In this document: piece by piece, positions 61,201 through 64,000 of the stretch | How the letters are laid out: each line of letters starts with the position of its first letter | How positions within the stretch are numbered: position 1 is the first letter of the stretch | DNA from: Eledone cirrhosa | Taxonomy: Eukaryota | Assembly (NCBI GenBank): GCA_964016885.1 | Contig: OZ024740.1 | Coordinates: 23,250,001-23,314,000, forward strand | DNA length: 64,000 nt | Reading direction: 5' to 3' | Translations under genes and position numbers: made by a program | The notes under the pieces: model-generated | What the model saw: the letters and a program-made list of their open reading frames with translations, nothing else | Databases searched by the model: none | What the model was told of the DNA's origin: nothing

Positions 61201-64000
61201 CGGTTGTCAGTATTGGTAGTGTGTCAGTTGTCAGCATTGGTAGTGTGTCGGATAAGAGTGTGTCAGTTGTCAGTATTGGTAGTGTGTCGGATAATAGTGT
61301 GTCAGTTGTCAGTATTGGTAGTGTGTCGGATAAGAGTGTGTCAGTTGTCAGTATTGGTAGTGTGTCGCATAATAGTGTGTCAGTTGTCAGTATTGGTAGT
61401 GTGTCAGATAAGAGTGTGTCAGTTGTCAGTATTGGTAGTGTGTCGGATAATAGTGTGTCGGTTGTCAGTATTGGTAGTGTGTCGGATAATAGTGTGTCGG
61501 TTGTCAGTATTGGTAGTGTGTCGGATAATAGTGTGTCGGTTGTCAGTATTGGTAGTGTGTCGGATAATAGTGTGTCAGTTGTCAGTATTGGTAGTGTGTC
61601 GGATAATAGTGTGTGAGTTGTCAGTATTGGTAGTGTGTCGGATAATAGTGTGTCGGTTGTCAGTATTGGTAGTGTGTCAGTTGTCAGCATTGGTAGTGTG
61701 TCGGATAATAGTGTGTCAGTTGTCAGTATTGGTAGTGTGTCGGATAATAGTGTGTCAGTTGTCAGTATTGGTAGTGTGTCGGATAATAGTGTGTCGGTTG
61801 TCAGTATTGGTAGTGTGTCGGATAATAGTGTGTCGGTTGTCAGTATTGGTAGTGTGTCGGTTGTCAGTATTGGTAGTGTGTCAGATAATAGTGTGTCGGA
61901 TAATAGTGTGTCGGTTGTCAGTATTGGTAGTGTGTCGGATAATAGTGTGTCGGTTGTCAGTATTGGTAGTGTGTCGGTTGGCAGTATTGGTAGTGTGTCA
62001 GATAATAGTGTGTCGGATGATAGTGTGTCGGTTGTCAGTATTGGTAGTGTGTCGGATAATAGTGTGTCGGATAATAGTGTGTCGGTTGTCAGTATTGGTA
62101 GTGTGTCGGATAATAGTGTGTCGGTTGTCAGTATTGATAGTGTGTCGGATAATAGTGTGTCAGTTGTCAGTACTGGTAGTGTGTCGGATAATAGTGTGTC
62201 GGTTGTCAGTATTGGTAGTGTGTCGGATAATAGTGTGTCGGTTGTCAGTATTGGTAGTGTGTCGGATAATAGTGTGTCGGTTGTCAGTATTGGTAGTGTG
62301 TCGGATAATAGTGTGTCAGTTGTCAGTATTGGTAGTGTGTCGGATAATAGTGTGTCAGTTGTCAGTATTGTTAGTGTGTCGGATAATTGTGTGTCGGTTG
62401 TCAGTATTGGTAGTGTGTCGGATAATTGTGTGTTGGTTGTCAGTATTGGTAGTGTGTCGGATAATAGTGTGTCGGTTGTCAGTATTGGTAGTGTGTCGGT
62501 TGTCAGTATTGGTAGTGTGTCGGTTGTCAGTATTGGTAGTGTGTCGGATAATAGTGTGTCGGTTGTCAGTGTTGGTAGTGTGTCGGATAATAGTGTGTCG
62601 GTTGTCAGTATCGGTAGTGTATCGGATAATAGTGTGTCGGTTGTCAGTATTGGTAGTGTGTCGGATAATAGTGTGTCGGTTGTCAGTATTGGTAGTGTGT
62701 CGGATAATAGTGTGTCAGTTGTCAGTATTGGTAGTGTGTCGGATAATAGTGTGTGAGTTGTCAGTATTGGTAGTGTGTCGGATAATAGTGTGTCGGTTGT
62801 CAGTATTGGTAGTGTGTCAGTTGTCAGCATTGGTAGTGTGTCGGATAAGAGTGTGTCAGTTGTCAGTATTGGTAGTGTGTCGGATAATAGTGTGTCAGTT
62901 GTCAGTATTGGTAGTGTGTCGGATAAGAGTGTGTCAGTTGTCAGTATTGGTAGTGTGTCGCATAATAGTGTGTCAGTTGTCAGTATTGGTAGTGTGTCAG
63001 ATAAGAGTGTGTCAGTTGTCAGTATTGGTAGTGTGTCGGATAATAGTGTGTCGGTTGTCAGTATTGGTAGTGTGTCGGATAATAGTGTGTCGGTTGTCAG
63101 TATTGGTAGTGTGTCGGATAATAGTGTGTCGGTTGTCAGTATTGGTAGTGTGTCGGATAATAGTGTGTCAGTTGTCAGTATTGGTAGTGTGTCGGATAAT
63201 AGTGTGTGAGTTGTCAGTATTGGTAGTGTGTCGGATAATAGTGTGTCGGTTGTCAGTATTGGTAGTGTGTCAGTTGTCAGCATTGGTAGTGTGTCGGATA
63301 ATAGTGTGTCAGTTGTCAGTATTGGTAGTGTGTCGGATAATAGTGTGTCAGTTGTCAGTATTGGTAGTGTGTCGGATAATAGTGTGTCGGTTGTCAGTAT
63401 TGGTAGTGTGTCGGATAATAGTGTGTCGGTTGTCAGTATTGGTAGTGTATCGGATAATAGTGTGTCGGTTATCAGTATTGGTAGTGTGTCGGATAATAGT
63501 GTGTCGGTTGTCAGTATTGGTAGTGTGTCGGATAATAGTGTGTCGGTTGTCAGTATTGGTAGTGTGTCGGATAATAGTGTGTCAGTTGTCAGTATTGGTA
63601 GTGTGTCGGATAATAGTGTGTCGGTTGTCAGTATTGGTAGTGTGTCGGATAATAGTGTGTCGGTTGTCAGTATTGGTAGTGTGTCGGATAATAGTGTGTC
63701 GGTTATCAGTATTGGTAGTGTGTCGGATAATAGAGTGTCGGTTGTCAGTATTGGTAGTGTGTCGGATAATAGTGTGTCGGTTATCAGTATTGGTAGTGTG
63801 TCGGATAATAGTGTGTCGGTTGTCAGTATTGGTAGTGTGTCGGATAATAGTGTGTCGGTTGTCAGTATTGGTAGTGTGTCGGATAATAGTGTGTCAGTTG
63901 TCAGTATTGGTAGTGTGTCGGATAATAGTGTGTCAGTTGTCAGTATTGGTAGTGTGTCGGATAATAGTGTGTCGGTTGTCAGTATTGGTAGTGTGTCGGA
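55285..64000. repeat. 33-bp satellite (18+15-bp subunits) with higher-order repeats, runs off window end
   Basis: Unit gttgtcagtattggtagtgtgtcggataatagtgtgtcR-type; identical variant strings recur (61182 vs 62775). Confidence 0.98.

Noticed and set aside
55138-63283. 2210-aa TDTLLS and SVSDNS repeat ORFs
   Set aside because: 33-bp satellite is open in several frames on both strands, with no unique domain; unit traces to a SINE head

Overview
Repeat-dominated metazoan genomic DNA, very probably a cephalopod (Octopus-like; inferred from (TA)n/(TATG)n microsatellite density and the SINE types). Nearly all long ORFs in the track are microsatellite or satellite artefacts. Real content: a decayed near-full-length Tx1/L1-clade LINE with 5'-truncated relatives, a decayed Naiad-like Penelope element with two pLTRs, R4/Dong-like and CR1-like LINE fragments, many tRNA-headed SINEs, an RTE-derived ~610-bp non-autonomous family, and several satellites, including an 8.7-kb 33-bp array that appears to derive from a SINE head. 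Two things the ORF track misses: (1) at least seven different short, mostly fold-back elements in or beside (TA)n tracts that carry type I hammerhead-ribozyme motifs, some with covariation or non-canonical cores (U3-A8, U4C); (2) three phase-compatible coding exons on the minus strand (46460-43488) of a host gene I cannot identify.
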